From NCBI GenBank assembly GCA_964016885.1, contig OZ024745.1:91140001-91204000 (forward strand): DNA of 64,000 nucleotides. The letters run 5' to 3'. Source of the stretch: Eledone cirrhosa (Eukaryota). Positions within the stretch are counted from its first letter, which is position 1. Every line of letters begins with the position of its first letter. The notes beneath the pieces were generated by a model. The model searched no databases. It saw nothing but the letters and a program-made list of their open reading frames with translations, and was not told the origin of the DNA. The position numbers and the translations under genes were made by a program. Of the stretch, positions 13,875 to 28,226 are shown piece by piece.

Positions 13875-14528
13875 TCATCATCATCATCATCATCATCATT
13901 TTACATCCGCTTTTCCCTGCTTGCAAGGGTGAGACAGGTCTTATTCAGCACAACATCTCTCCACTTGTCACGGTCCTTCGTCATCTCCACCGTGAGCTTC
14001 AGCAATCTGAGGTCTGCTCTCACTACCTCCGCCCATGTTTTTCGTGGTCTACCTCCACCACGTCTTCCTTCAACTGGCATTTCCTGGCACTTCTTCACCC
14101 ATCGGTATTCCTCCATGCACATCACATGTCCATACCACCACAGTCTCCTCTCTCGCATACTACATTCTATCCCTCTCAGACACAGTTTCTCTCTCAACAC
14201 ATCCATGCTGGGTCGTTCATGCACATTGACATTGCACATCCAATGGAGCATGCTTGCCTCATTTCTCTCCAGCCGTCACATATCCTCTGCAGTTGCTGCC
14301 CAAGTCTCACTACCATGCAGCATCGCGCTCCTCACAGAGGCATCATATAACTGGCCTTTCGTACGCAGGGTGAAACCCTTCTTCGTCAGCAGATGAAGCA
14401 GCTCCCTAAACTTCTTCCAACCTGTCCTTATTCTAGATACTATGGCCTCGGAACCCCCCCCCCCCCCATGCTAATCTGATCTCCTAGGTACCGGAAGCTA
14501 TCAACCACTTCTATAGCACCCACCTGCA
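13875..14528 (-). mobile_element. RTE LINE 3' fragment
   Basis: RRLWWYGHVMCM..VEGRRGGGRPRKTW C-terminus and (GAT)n tail. Confidence 0.9.
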
Positions 14529-14654
14529 TTTGATTATAAATTTAAACTGCATCAAGAACTGTTAATATATTAGGTAAAACTTTTGTTGATGATAATTAAT
14601 AACAAGATTTATTTCATAATTTAGTAAAAAGAGTGGAAAGGCAGAATCAATTAT

Positions 14655-15300
14655 CATCATTATCATCACTTTCATAATCATTTTATATCTTCTGTTCCAT
14701 GCTCATATGGGTTGGATGGGTCTTTTTCAGCACAGTACCTCTCCACTTGTCATGTTCCTTTGCCATCTCTTCTGAGAGTTTCAGTGATTTGAGATCAGCT
14801 CTCACCACCTCTGCCTAGGTCTTCCTTGGTTTTCCTCTACTGCAGCTTCCTTCAGCTGGGATTTTTTGGCATTTCTTCACCCAGTAATCATCATCCATGC
14901 ACATCACATGTGCTGTCTTCCCTCTTGCACACTACATCTGATTCCTCTTATACCTAGTGTCTCTCTACATTCATCTGTGCTTTGTCATTCACACACATTA
15001 ACAGTGCACACCCATTGGAGAATATGTGCTTCATGTTTCTCCAGCCAACATATATCCTTTGCATTCAATGCCCATATTTCACTACCATGCAACATTACAC
15101 TTCACAAACGGGTGTCATACAGCCAACCTTTCATTCATAAGGAGAGTCTCTTTGATTTCAACAGAGATAGTGGATTTCTAAACCTTTTCCATCCTATCGT
15201 TATTCTAGCTATGCTCTCAGAGCACCCTATTCTACTTCTAATTAGATCACCTACATAGCAGAAATTATTAACCACTTCTATGGAACCTACTGGCATTGGG
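14655..15300 (-). mobile_element. Older RTE LINE 3' fragment
   Basis: Colinear but diverged homologue of 13875-14528. Confidence 0.75.
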
Positions 15301-17914
15301 AAAGGTTTATATTACTGGCACTCTTACTATGAATTTTCCCTGAACATCAGCCACATACAAAGTCTTCCTTTCCTGTTAGTTTACCTATTATACCACTATA
15401 CCTTGTGTGTACCCAAGATTTACATTGTGTATGTCATATAGAATTGATGCCAACTTCTTTTCTACATATTGGGAGATCAAGGCTCTGTCTTCTTTCTTGC
15501 ATATTAACAACCTTCACAAAATTTTTAAGACTGTTGCAGCCAATGCCAAGCCTGAGTATCAATGTAGAAGAGAAACATGAATGGAAAGAGAACTGATGGT
15601 GGTGGTGGTGGTGGTGGGGGGGGGGGGGGGGGTCTCAATACTTACAACTGTGAACTGTTCTAAAAATATTGAAATGTTCCAAAGAGGTGAGATGAGTGGG
15701 CCAAGTGTGTCTGAAGAGGGTGACACAAAAGCAACCAGTTCTAAGAATTAGAGGCCATACTGTAGTATGAGGAATCACAGGAGGAAGTTTAGATTTCTTT
15801 TGTAAGCTTTAATACCAAAAGAGAAGAAATAATATATAGCTTTGTTGTTATTATCTACTTTTTCCCCTTTGGAATCAGTATTTATGATGCATGCATACAG
15901 TTATACATCATTTATATACTCGCGTGTGTGATTAGATAGCTATATACTTAATTCTATGCAAGGTTTTCATGCAGATGTCTGAGTGATCCTCACTCAATAT
16001 GGGCCAAGGTTAAGTGTTAAAATGCTGAGAAGTCAACTATCTAGAATTGTTATTCCTCTTTTCCATATCTATGAGAATCCCTTATAGTGATGTGGATAGC
16101 TGTGTGAAAATATTGATATGGATTTATTTGTATAGCAGCCTATTATACAAACAAACACATCTATAGAAACTTTTTTGGGGGATTAATCAAATACTTGGAA
16201 GAAGTAAATTAGTATTAAAAGAATGTTTTAATCATCTATTTTTATATCATAGGTTGGACCAGTCTATATTAATATCATTTAATTTGTAAAAAAAAAAATG
16301 AAATGAATGGTTGTTTAACTGCCAACTAGATTATTGTGAAATGGGGAGATTACTACATTTTAAAGCAATATACACTGCCAAAGCATGCATCTTAATGTGC
16401 TTTAAGTTCAACACCTTTACTGCATCTTTCAATGGAAGATTAAAGCAAATTTAAACGAATTAACACCCCAGCTAACAAATAGACTGTCTTAACACAGAAT
16501 TTATGGTGATCATTAACTTTCATCTTTTGAGCATGTTAACTTGTTAACTTATTCTTTCTTTCTGAAGTGAAATTTTAGAAGTTTCAATTCGATCATTAAT
16601 GCTTGTTTGATAATGGGATCCTTCAGGGCAGCTTTACTTGCAAGGGTCATGTAATCAACAAATAATTTGTCTGTTTACTAATGCAATTGTCAAATATTCT
16701 ATAGCAAATGGAATTACTTCTGGACAGTTCCTGAAAACAATTGTTATGAAATTAGTCAAACTAAATTATCCACAATGCCTGCATTGGATTAACATTGATA
16801 TTGGCATTGATATTAACATTGATATTGGCATGATGTCTATTGAACCAATGAAAATAATGAGAATGAAATATTTAGTTCATCAAATGTTTATATTATGAAA
16901 GCACACCCATTATTTCATATCTTTGTGCCATTTTTTTCTTCTTTGCAAAACATTGTGAATCTATGCACTAACCACAGATCTGGTCAGTTTTTTACAATAC
17001 AGTTTGAAAGCTGGTCTTCAAATATTTCATATTTCCCGTCTCATGGCTGTTATTAATTTCAAACTTTACCATTGCATACTAAATGGCATATTCTGTTCAA
17101 AGGATTGACTGTTTATTTTTGACTCTCTATCTATTTCTTCATAAAGTCAAGTAAAGTATCACATATCTTCATACCTCCCAACAAGAAACGGCTAACTAAA
17201 ATTACAGTTGTATAAAATAATGACTTCCCATTCTTGAGATGTGTTATCTTTCTGTTCCTTGTAGGAGTACTACAATGTTATCTAATTTTTAAAACTTCTT
17301 AATTATATACTGCCTCCAACTAACCACACACTTCTCACATATCACTTTTGTTAAATTGAAATGAAGAAACTACATATCTTTCCCAGGTTGAGTAGAGTCA
17401 CTTCCCTTTACTTAAATGTATTTAGAATAGATAAATCCAATGTAAATACATTTTCTCGCTGTGAAACTCAATATCACTAATAAGATCTAACAAGACTTTC
17501 TGTGTCTTTATTTTTTGGCTGTATTAAAAGGTAAATCTAGTCTTGTCATTATGCTGGTCAATTGTTCATACATGATGTAATTTTTAACAGTTAACAATCT
17601 TTGTTTGTATAAGTAGTATCTGAGTTTGATCCAATATTTAGCTCAGTAAATGGATACTGTCCAAAATATTGAATTAGAATATGTTTTTACAAGAGTTATG
17701 TTGTTTTCTTTGTTGTATTATCAAGATCATTTCCAGAAAAATATTAGATCACATTTAAAAATAATTGGCATATGTTATATACTATGACAATCTTTTACTG
17801 AGAAACCAGGTGAAAATAATTATAAGAGAGCTGTATGGTAGTGGGACTGTAGTTTTGGGGGTTTTGTTTCGGATTAAGATAGTTTTCCCCTCTGTTAGCC
17901 AGAATCATATCCCA

Positions 17915-18247
17915 TAGCAGAATCAATAGAATGTTGGACAAAATGCTTTGGAGTATTTATTCCAGTTCTCTACATACTGAAATCAAATATCACTAAGGCC
18001 AACTTTGCCTTTCATCTGTCCAAAGTTAATGAAATAAAGTCCAGTAATGCACTGGGTTTGGTTTCATTGACTTTTCCCTTCCCTTCAAAATTGCTGGCCT
18101 TGTGCCAAATGTAGAATCAATTATTATTATAACCCTGCTGAGGTTAACTTTACCTTTCATCCTTACAGAGTTGATAAAATAAAGCACCAGTAATCCACTG
18201 GAATAATTGCTGGCCTTGTGCCCAAAATAGAAACAATTATTATTATA
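17915..18247 (+). mobile_element. Tandem SINE family B copies
   Basis: Two ttgctggccttgtgcc..caattattatt tails (near 18120 and 18240). Confidence 0.75.
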
Positions 18248-18839
18248 ACCCACTCTCCACTTGGTCATTTTTCTCCTGTCTATGTATGACCTTTCTATTC
18301 TTCTTACCCCTGCTCAGTTCTTTTTGTTTTCAAATTTCAATTTGTTAGATTTGGTTCTTGTCTGTAAACTTATCTTCCTTTACAGATGATAGTTCCACAC
18401 ATCCATTCTCCCATACATCCTCGGACAGCAAAAAGGGATGTATTTTGTCGAGGTTAATAGTATGGAGTTGCATAACCGCTATCAATTAGCCAATACATTG
18501 ATAAAATCTTTGGCTTTTTTTTTTTTCCCTCTGAAACAATTATAAAACAATTGACTAATTAACTACTAAACCTTGTTGTATTTGTTTCTTTGTTCAACAT
18601 TATATACTTATCTCTGTAGTTTTTGAATACTCAACAACATGTAATAAGATACTCTTCCAAAAAACAAATTTTGGTTTGTTTTGATGGGATATTCATCAGG
18701 TTTTAATAGGGTTATAAAATCCACCATGATTGAATAGAATACATACAACTCACCTTCTCTCTCTCTCTCTCTCTCTCTCTCATCCTATCATGTGTTTCAG
18801 CTGAGGCAATGGTGGGGCACCGCTATATATATATAATGT

Positions 18840-19145
18840 TATATTATAAAGAGTCAGGACCTGAAGCCTGAGCTCTTGCTGTTTCAACAGCTAGTTCCAG
18901 ACTGTTTGCTGAAAGGCTCCATAGTTGACTGGCTGTATCATCAGGGGGTGTGGTTTGTCCATATAAGGGTATATGTTGTTCATCCAATTGTAAATTTTCT
19001 AGTTTGGAACTAGCTGTTGAAACAGCAAAAGCTCAGTCGTCAGGTTCCGACTCGTTATAATATAGCCATACTGTATTACACCAAGTATTGAGTACTCTGT
19101 TGAGTAAAAGTCTAACTAGTTTCTACCTGGTTCTATCCTCATTTA
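18840..19145. mobile_element. HHR-bearing short element family C, inverted arrangement
   Basis: 64-bp inverted repeats 18840-18903/19001-19064; minus strand reads CCCC-CTGATGA-TACAGCCAGT..ACTAGCTGTT-GAAA; gtattgagtactctg motif downstream. Confidence 0.65.
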
Positions 19146-19152
19146 TATATAA

Positions 19153-19787
19153 CTAGCAGTAAAGCCCGGCGTTGCTCGGGGTCGCTCAGTAGCTGTGTTA
19201 AAGTTACAATGTTAAGTTTCTTTTTTGGCTTAAAGTCTGTCTGCACGACTTTCTGTCTGCACGCCTAACGAAATTTACAGATACATATATTTTAAATAAA
19301 CTTATATAATTTTTGCTTTTTTTAACGAAATATTTGCTTGTTTTACGTAGTCTTTAAATAGACTTGTTTTCAAGTAAAAATATTGTTTTAAAAGGCTTTT
19401 AAATGGAAATGAAGCAAAACGGAAGCCTAGTGTTCGAACTGATGAATTTTGCAGGTCAAAATTTTGCTGGCTCGACAACTGTTCGTGTATTGTGTTAATG
19501 TCATTTTAAACGCTGAGAAAGCCAGCGTAATTTTTTTAAGTTTTGCACGCAGAAAATGTAAACAGAACAAATGGAAATAACTCGTCACTTACGCTCAAAA
19601 ATCGATACATTAGATTCGATTTCGTCACATAGGGTGGGTCAATTTGAAATATTTTTTTTCCAATGTCTTCGCTAGGGCTCAATGTACAAGTATAGCAATT
19701 TCGGCGCAATTCCGTCAGAGATTCTAAGAGGAGATGTGTGCCAAAAATCGATAGACAGACAGACAACCACAGCTTTATATATATAGA
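19153..19787 (-). mobile_element. Non-autonomous Helitron (family H1-type termini)
   Basis: Minus strand 5' TCTATATATA..GTCTGTCTGTC; 3' cccgagcaacgccggg hairpin then CTAG. Confidence 0.8.
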
Positions 19788-20397
19788 TAGATAGATAGAT
19801 AGATAGATGATAGAAATGTGAAGGTTAGATATTCATTGTTCATTTTTTAATGTAATCTGCTGTAATACGTATTTCTGTGATATTAATAAGTATGTAATTC
19901 TGCCATTATGAATTACCAACATGACTAAGACAGCATCTTAGGTAATAAGGTTAAGTAATATATTTTTAATACAATACATCAAATATAAGTATGTTTCCTT
20001 ACCAATAGCTTAATTAATGAGAGGTAATGATGCCTAATTGGCATAATTAATTAGAGAGTGCCAGCTTTTTCTTTCTATGTAAATGAAGTTCATCAGTCGA
20101 TGTTTATAAATATAAATACTATAAGCTTTTAGCTAATTTTTGTTTTAGCATCCAAGTCAGAGTTAGCTGAAGCAGAAATGGCCATTAGGGTGCTCTCCTT
20201 TGGTTGCTAAAAGACAACTGGTGAAATCCACCACTTTTAGAATTAATAGAAAAGCTATAAAAATATTTATTTACATGAACATTTCATATATGATTCAATA
20301 TACAACCCCAGTCACATCCATGTGTGAGTGTGAGATATATATATATATATTAATTCAAAATATTAATAAATGTAGACATTCACTTAATCAAAATATA

Positions 20398-20459
20398 TTT
20401 TATTATATATATTTCGGAGGTACTGTGCTGTTTTTTCAGTACGTCCTCATCAGATAAAA
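20398..20459 (-). ncRNA. Minimal type I hammerhead ribozyme, canonical core
   Basis: TTTTAT-CTGATGA-GGACGTACTG(loop)CAGTACCTCC-GAAA-TATATA-TA-ATAAAA; 10-bp stem II with 1 mismatch, palindromic stem III, 6-bp stem I. Confidence 0.7.
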
Positions 20460-22299
20460 AAATACATAAATTGATGTATTACATACCTCAACTGTGCTGA
20501 TGGTTCAATTCCAGTCTTTGCAGTAAGACTGGAATTGAACCATCAGCATACATGTATAAATACATTTTTCAATCTTAAATTGCTGTTTTCTACCGTGACT
20601 GAATGTATGTGATGTATCCCAATCATCCTCATCATTTGTAAGTGAATAAAGTTAAAGGTATCTATTTGTGAACTGAAATGCAAATTATCCTGAATTTACA
20701 GAACCAAACAAACTTTCAGTAAACTGAGAGCAAAATAAATTCTTCATAATATTGTATTGCTTTCATACTTAATGCATATTCATCATATATATTTTTCAAT
20801 AACTATAATTTTAAATACGTAAAAAGATAAATGTCTATTTGTTTATACGTGTGCATTGAACATAAGCTGTACATTGAAAAAAAAATGGATGAAAGATATA
20901 CACAAACACACACACATATACACATATTGAGTGTAATAGTTATGATAATACCATAAAATTATAATTTTCTTTTTAATGTTAGTTTATTTATTTTTTTTAG
21001 ACAAAATTCTTTCTTCATCGTTCTAAATTACTATCTTAATATATTAATCTGTTTTACATTCAAAATATATTAATGTGCTCATATTGTAAAGATAAAATAC
21101 TCTTCATCAGGTCAGGATTATTTTTATAAAACCTCATCCTATTCATTATAATCCAGTTTATTATATTTCAAATGGTGCATTGTATTGATTTTTTACTTTA
21201 ATCTCATAAAATGGTTGCACACATTCTTGTACATTTTATCTATGTTATATTACCAACTATATGTTGAATGAAGCAGCATTATGTATGTTGTCAGATAGAT
21301 TGGAGTTACCCTTAAAGCCTTAATATGTTATAAATTGAAAGTGGAATTTGATGAACTGTATAGATGACAGAAAGTTCACAGCTGATATTATATATAATAT
21401 GGTTCACAACCTCAAAGCAAATATATAACATTATACAGATTTGTTTATGTGTAGATGCCAAGGTAATATACCCTGTAAAGGCAATATAATATACATCTTA
21501 TTGTTCAGAATATAAGCTGAATACAAGATTTCACACACCATATATATTATAGCTATTACATATAGCCAAGCAAAAAGTGTCAGTAAAGCAGAAATGATTG
21601 CAAGATTTAATGTGGAGACTGTTGTATTGATAGTAATGATATAGTTATTGATAGTAAGGTATAATTTCCATGACAATCAGAGCCAGTCTGCTAGATTTCA
21701 ATATTCCATAACTATTTGCAAAGTTAGAAAAGTTAAGTTTATTTTGGTGAAATTCAATGCCTTATCATCAAATCATTCCTTACTTTAGTTGAATTAATTC
21801 CAGTTAGATGCCAAAAGGAAACTTTAGTGGTTTGCCAAAAGGTGCATTAGAGTACAAATACTGGGATACAAATTCACTGTACTTATTCAGTTATAATAAA
21901 CTAATGAGGAAGCCTCTTCATGGTCAGTCAAAGTTACTTGAGATGGCAAACAAATCTTCTTTGAATCATGCCCTAATGTTTAATAAAACGACATTAGATA
22001 ATATATTTTGGAACAGTTAAAGTGTCTGAAAAAATATATAGTGGAAACAACTTGGAAATAAATGACAAAAACAACAACTTGGTTATCCTGAATCTTTGAA
22101 ATTACTTCAAGAAAAAGAATGATAGATGCTATATAGAAAAATAACCTTTGTTTGAAGCTTAAATATTTCACATGATAGAAATAAGAACAATTTTAAATAT
22201 GATGGGAATTTTCAAAGGTTGAGATATCACCGAATTTACAGATGAAAGAGTACAAGTATTATATATCATAGAAATCTAAGAGTCATGATGTATGTAGAC

Positions 22300-22640
22300 T
22301 TCTTTTCCTTTGCCAACTTATTCCTAAGCGGGTCATGGGGGAAGAATTTTCAAACACTCCTTCTAGTGAGTCCTGTCAGAAGCAACCATCTCCAATTGTT
22401 CTTACTTGATCCCCAAGCAAGACCATCTGAGCTCATGTATGTTATCCAACCATCTTGCTCGGCATCTACTCTTGGATTGCCTGCCAGTTGGGTATCACCC
22501 GTAAAATATGTCTAGTGATTCTTTCCTGAGACATTCTAACCATGTGCCCATAATACCAGAGCTATGATGTCTTAATTTGGAGAAGTAGTGACTCTCTGGT
22601 CTCTGAGCAATGCACTCATTTCAACTGCTTGTATTTGTGA
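22300..22640 (-). mobile_element. RTE-clade LINE 3' fragment
   Basis: Homologous to 60603-61115 (cttattcct 3' end; gagacattctaaccatgtgccca). Confidence 0.65.
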
Positions 22641-22887
22641 TTATATTCTTTCAGTCATTAGACTGACAAATAAAATCAAATGGACTTATTTTATTGATCT
22701 ATATTGTCAGAAGCAATTGAAATATGATTGGTTAAAAAGTGAGGCAGAGAACTAGCAGAATCATTAATACATCAGATAGCATGCCTCTGAGTTCAAATCT
22801 AGCTGAAGTCAACTTTGTTTTTCATTCTTCCAGGGTCAAGAAATAAAATACCAGTCAAACACTTCAGTCAATTCCTCTCTCTCTCTC

Positions 22888-22942
<55 letters not shown>

Positions 22943-23421
22943 GTACTGTGAGAAGTGTAATAATATCCCTTTTCTCCAGAATTGAAGAAGACTTAAGTGA
23001 GGTGCTTTGCAACCTCTTTTCATAGAAAAATCTATATGCTATTGGAAACACCATCCAAGGATGGTTTGATGTGTAGAATAGTACAATTGGAAATCATGAA
23101 GAAAATCGACTTAAAAACTATATGGGGTTCTACTTTAATTCTATATTCTTTCACCTTAACCTTTCAGTCTCTGTTTATAAACTAATGCTATAATTGTACA
23201 TATTTGTAAAATATTCATTAAATTAAGCATAAAGCTTCTTTTTTGTTGCAATTATACATTTAAATATCATGTAGTTGCTATTTTCTTTGCATATATCCAT
23301 TAATATAGTTTCCAACAATTTCCTTTTCTTTCTCCCCTCTCTCTCTTTCTTTGTCCTTAAGCCCTTGCTTTTATTCTTACTGTCTCCTCACATTTTCTTA
23401 TCTATATTAAACTCCTCAAAC

Positions 23422-23660
23422 ACTGGTCGCTCTCTGACAGGTTTGCGGTCTTACCCCTGGCAGTGGAGACTTCTGGTGTCCTCGGCCCCAGCACTACCAC
23501 CTTACTCACCACCATAGGCGCTGAGCTGGCCAGCCTCAGGTGTGAGCCCCACGAGTTGGATTGGCTTTTCCAGCGCGTCTCCCTTGCCGTCCTCTGGGGA
23601 AACGCCTTCTCCATTCTGTCCACCGGGGCTGTGGGTGGGCCCCATCGCATACCACTGTAG
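23422..23660 (+). mobile_element. CRE-like (restriction-like endonuclease) non-LTR retrotransposon C-terminal fragment
   Basis: GC-rich island translating to PLAVETSGVLGP..LFQRVSLAVLWGNAFSIL, the typical AVET.G..G / QR.S.A..RGNA end of CRE-clade ORFs. Confidence 0.75.
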
Positions 23661-24211
23661 TTGTTGTATACAGATATTAACTCATCAAAGATAGGCATTT
23701 GTGCCTGGTTCAACGTATTTTAATATTACTTTACATACGTGTATCTTTAAATCACTGCATTAAATCTCTATCTCTCTTTTTTTTTCTTTACATATATGTT
23801 TTATTTTCTAATTCTACTACTCTCATAGTTGAATTTAACTCACCATCATCAGACTTAGATATAGTAATGTTTGACTAATGGTGGCTTTTTAAAAAAACAA
23901 AATACCTATTTTTATATCCCTAAAGTATAATACCGTATGTGTTTTGGTTTGTTGGTCCAATGACAGGTTTCACAACATATAGATAGAGTGGAATTGAGAA
24001 AAAGAGAGAATTAATATGGGTTGAAATTTGAGTATACATACTGAGCAAAGTGGCACACAAAGAATGAAGGAGAAAGGCAAATAATGCTATACTGAAATGC
24101 TTATACACACATACACATACACACACATACATATAATTGTCATCTGTTGAGTGTTTGTACGGAGTTATGTTATTTTTTCACATCTTCATTCTTATTACCA
24201 AATGGTGTGTG

Positions 24212-24242
<31 letters not shown>

Positions 24243-24794
24243 ATTCATTTTCTTGATTTCTTTTGTTTTTTTTCTCAAATCACTGCTTTCTTCAATACCA
24301 TATTTATAATGTTTGAATATGAAAAATATTATGGATCCTTTTAACCAAATGCTATGATAGTGAATTCATTTATATAGTTTTCATATATCTTTTTATTTTC
24401 ATTTGTATATTTATATTTATTCACTTTTATCCATAGTGGCAAATTTATTTTCTCAAAATTACCAAGCATATGATGGGTAACACTCTAGTACTCTAGTATA
24501 ATTTATAAAACAAAATAGTTTTCAAACTGTATAAAATTACAAATATTTACATATTTATGTCTCTTTACATCAATTAATTTCAGAGTTGCTAGACTTGGCC
24601 TCAAATACCTAATTACTCTACTTTTCAGAACTGAAGGATACATTTCTTTCTTCTTTTGGAGCTTTGAATTGTTAGACTTAATCCATTACTTGGTTTAACA
24701 GGATCGCCTGGTTCTTGTCTACCTTTGCAAAACATTTGGGCCAGGTCTCCAGTTTGAAATATACGTTATCTCCTTCCATTACACCAGTCTTTAA

Positions 24795-24971
24795 GACTTT
24801 AGCATTTACATTACTCTATATTTACTATTGTATGTTTGTGGTAAAGGCTTTATCTTACATAATTATCTCGCATAATATCGAATCTATAAGATTTCGATAT
24901 TATTTATTTTGAGAACAATACCATAACATCAGTATGAGCAGCCAGTTATGGCCAGTTAAAATGCTAAAGGG
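24795..24971 (+). mobile_element. piggyBac-like MITE
   Basis: TTAA on both sides; right TIR TAAATGCTAAAGGG; left TIR slightly mutated. Confidence 0.8.
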
Positions 24972-26708
24972 TTAAACCAGTCTTCAATGTGCTGAAAACA
25001 GTCACGGGTACTTCTCCACTCTCCCTGACTAAACAATTAAAATAAAACTTGGTACTTTAAAATTTTAATTTTTAAAAGTAAGAATCCTATTTAATTATTC
25101 AGTAAGTAAATTTGAACTAACTAACTGGTAATTCTTATAGATATATTTCTAAAATTTGCTATTAAAATTTTACATTTTGGACCACTATTTTCTCCTAATC
25201 CACTACTTTTGTGCTTCCTTTCATGAAATTAATCTGGCAACACTGGTTGGTTGAAAAATATTGCTTTTTATTGTCAGTCATTTTATAACAATAAATAATT
25301 AAACTCTTTAGTTCCTGAACTTCAATTCAGAAAATTCCTTATTAATTCTCCTCTTCTTTCACCTTCATTATCAATATTATTAATGTCAACTTCATCAATT
25401 ATTTGACAAAACAAATCATTCTACTGGCCATTTAAGAAAATTCAGTTTATTATATTCATTGTTACTTCATTTCCGAATGCTAGTATAAAACTTAAACTGT
25501 AGTTCTCTATTAATATGGCTCTTGACACTAAAGTTATGCTACATGTGTCATTCTTTCAATATATGCTGTGACATTTCAGCATATTATCTTTATCTAAATT
25601 AGGTGTCATATTTTCTTGTAATCATTCTATTCCAATCAGGATCCAATCCAGGAACTACTTTAAAGAGAAACGCTCTCAATACACTGAATGAATTTCAAAG
25701 ACCCATTCAATAGTCAAATGTCTCTATCCATTCATCCAATAATGATAAAGTGAATCAGTTTAAGATGCAATCACACTGACTATAGAACAACAGCTATCAC
25801 AACCACTAGACTATTGAGTATTTTGAATGAATGAATGAATGAATGAAATTAAATTGTTAGGAAGTTCACTATATCCTCCACATCACTACAAGGCATCATT
25901 ACATTTTATGTAAACTATAACATCCCAGAGTAACCAACTATTCTCTGTGTATGTCACATGACTTGTTTTTTTTATGGTACAATAATCACATGCTTTTATT
26001 ATAAATAAATGAGAATATTGGAATGATCTGCTGAAAATAATACTAATGCTAAAATCAATAGGCAATTGTCTACAGTGCTTCTCTCACTCTAAGGATTAAC
26101 GTTCTAAAGTATTTGGTATCAAAATTTAAATATGGATAAGGAAGAAATATGTTTTTCTCTAATAAGAAAGCTCTTGTTGTTAAAGGTTTATTTAATTGAA
26201 TGAAATGAAAACTATATAATGCCATCATTTTTAGTTAAACTGATGTATTAGAAAAGAACTTGTTCTGAAATCAAGCCACAAAACAACAAATGTTTGAATA
26301 TGAGTATTTGAGAGAAGTAAATTTATTGACATCATCATCATCATCACCAATATCATAACCAACCTTTTCCATCTTATTTTCAATGCTTGCATTAGTTGGG
26401 TGGGTTATCTTTTGTACAACTCTTCACCAATTGTGTGTGTGTGTGTGTATGTGTATATATATATATTGGAATAAACATAATGATACTCTGCTGGCCTTGT
26501 GCCTAACGTAGAAACAATTATTATTAATGCACTGCTTCTTAAGGATACCGGCTACAGTGTAATACCAAATGTGGAATACCACATCGGTAATCAGACTCGC
26601 ATTAGCATTGAGTGCTCTAACCGGTGAACCAATATTAACAAAACATTACACACTAATAAACTATATATATGTATATATATGTATATATATATATATTACC
26701 ATCATCAT

Positions 26709-27106
26709 GGAGGCACATGGCTTAGTGGTTAGAGCATTGGCCTTGCAATCGAAAGGTTGTGAGTTCAATTCTCAGGCCGGGTCATGTGTTGTTTCCTTGA
26801 GCAAGACACTTTATTTCACATTGCTCCAGTTTACTCAGCTGTAGAAATGAGATGATAGGGACTGGGGTCCCTATCATTCCACTGCAAAGTGGTCGTGGAG
26901 GTGCCATGGCAAAAAAGCACCCAGCCCACACTGTAAAGTGGACGTGGAGGTGCCACGGCAAAAAAGCACCCAGCACTCACTGTAAATGAGGTTGGTGTTA
27001 GGAAGGGCATCCAGCTGTAGAAATCAAACCAGAATCAGTTCCCATCCCACCCTTGCAAGCAAGGAAAAAGCGGACGTAAAATGAAATGATGATGATGATG
27101 ATGATG
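26709..27106 (+). mobile_element. SINE family A with duplicated internal unit
   Basis: Full head to (GAT)n tail; gtggaggtgcca..gcacccagc..ctgtaaa occurs twice. Confidence 0.9.
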
Positions 27107-27316
27107 AATGATCATCATTTGATCTCTACTTTCCCTCTTAGCAATGGCTGAATTGATCTTCATAGACGAAGTCATCATTGAGATGGGCCATCCATGTTTC
27201 CACTCTTGCATGGGTTAGATGGGTCCATCTCAGCATGGCATCCCTTCACTCATTGTCTTCCTTTGTCATCTCCTCTGTGAATGATCCATGCACATCACAT
27301 GTCCATACCATATATA

Positions 27317-27370
27317 CAGGGTGTTCCCCCAATTCTATTGAAGTGTGTATATGTTTTTTGGGACACCCTG
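27317..27370. mobile_element. Tiny Tc1/mariner-type TIR remnant
   Basis: TA-CAGGGTGTTCC ... GGACACCCTG-TG. Confidence 0.5.
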
Positions 27371-28226
27371 TGTATGATAAATGATTGTATTATATATTTG
27401 GAACATCTATGCTAAAGAATTGGATAGAATAATATTATTCTGTTACCAATAGATATAATAAAAGGGTTTTTTTAACATCCATAAATCAAAGCATAGATTG
27501 CCTCCTTTTAAGGGATTTCATTGTAAAAATCAAAGGAGGGCATCAGGTATAAAATTATTTGCTTGTAATGTTTATGCAAATATCTTCATTTGCATACTTG
27601 TTTAGTTTGTGTGATCTTGGAAAAATTGGTATGCAAGTAAATAGAATGATCAAGATAATATTTATGATTAAATGTAATTTAAATTTGGGATTTGCTGTGA
27701 ACATATTGATTAAAGAAATATTATGAAACTGGAAACTGTTTGTATATCAAAATGTTGATATAAAAATGTGATTGTTCTAATATATATCAAGCATATATAA
27801 ATTAATGATGAAATAATTGTTGAAAAGATCACATCTATTAACCTTATGTTACTATATTTCTAGTAAAATACACTGTTTATTTTCATATAATTTTGAAAAT
27901 AATCTAAACCCTTGTGTGGATTTAGTAATATAACTTTTTTCCTCTTTAGCTGGCATTTGAAATATAACTTAACAAAATTTTCTTATATAAAATTATGATG
28001 TAGGATTTAAATTTAAATATAACCACTTTAAAACAAATAGCTTTGTATCTTGGAAGTATGGGTGGTTATCATCAACGTTAAATAGATCTGCTTGATAAGA
28101 TTGTCTTGGGGCTGAACAACAACAGAGTTGTTATTACCTTCAGTAGAGAATTATGCTACACAATATCATCAAAATCTTTACATCTCAATTTCCATGATGG
28201 CATGGATTAGACATGTTTATAGTATA

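Noticed and set aside
18655-18705. Another minus-strand hammerhead-like motif (CTGATGA..CAAAA CAAA/TTTG)
   Set aside because: Stem II is only 2 bp, the GAAA box is mutated and stem I is A/T only; too weak to call, though a GTTGAGTATTC motif follows.
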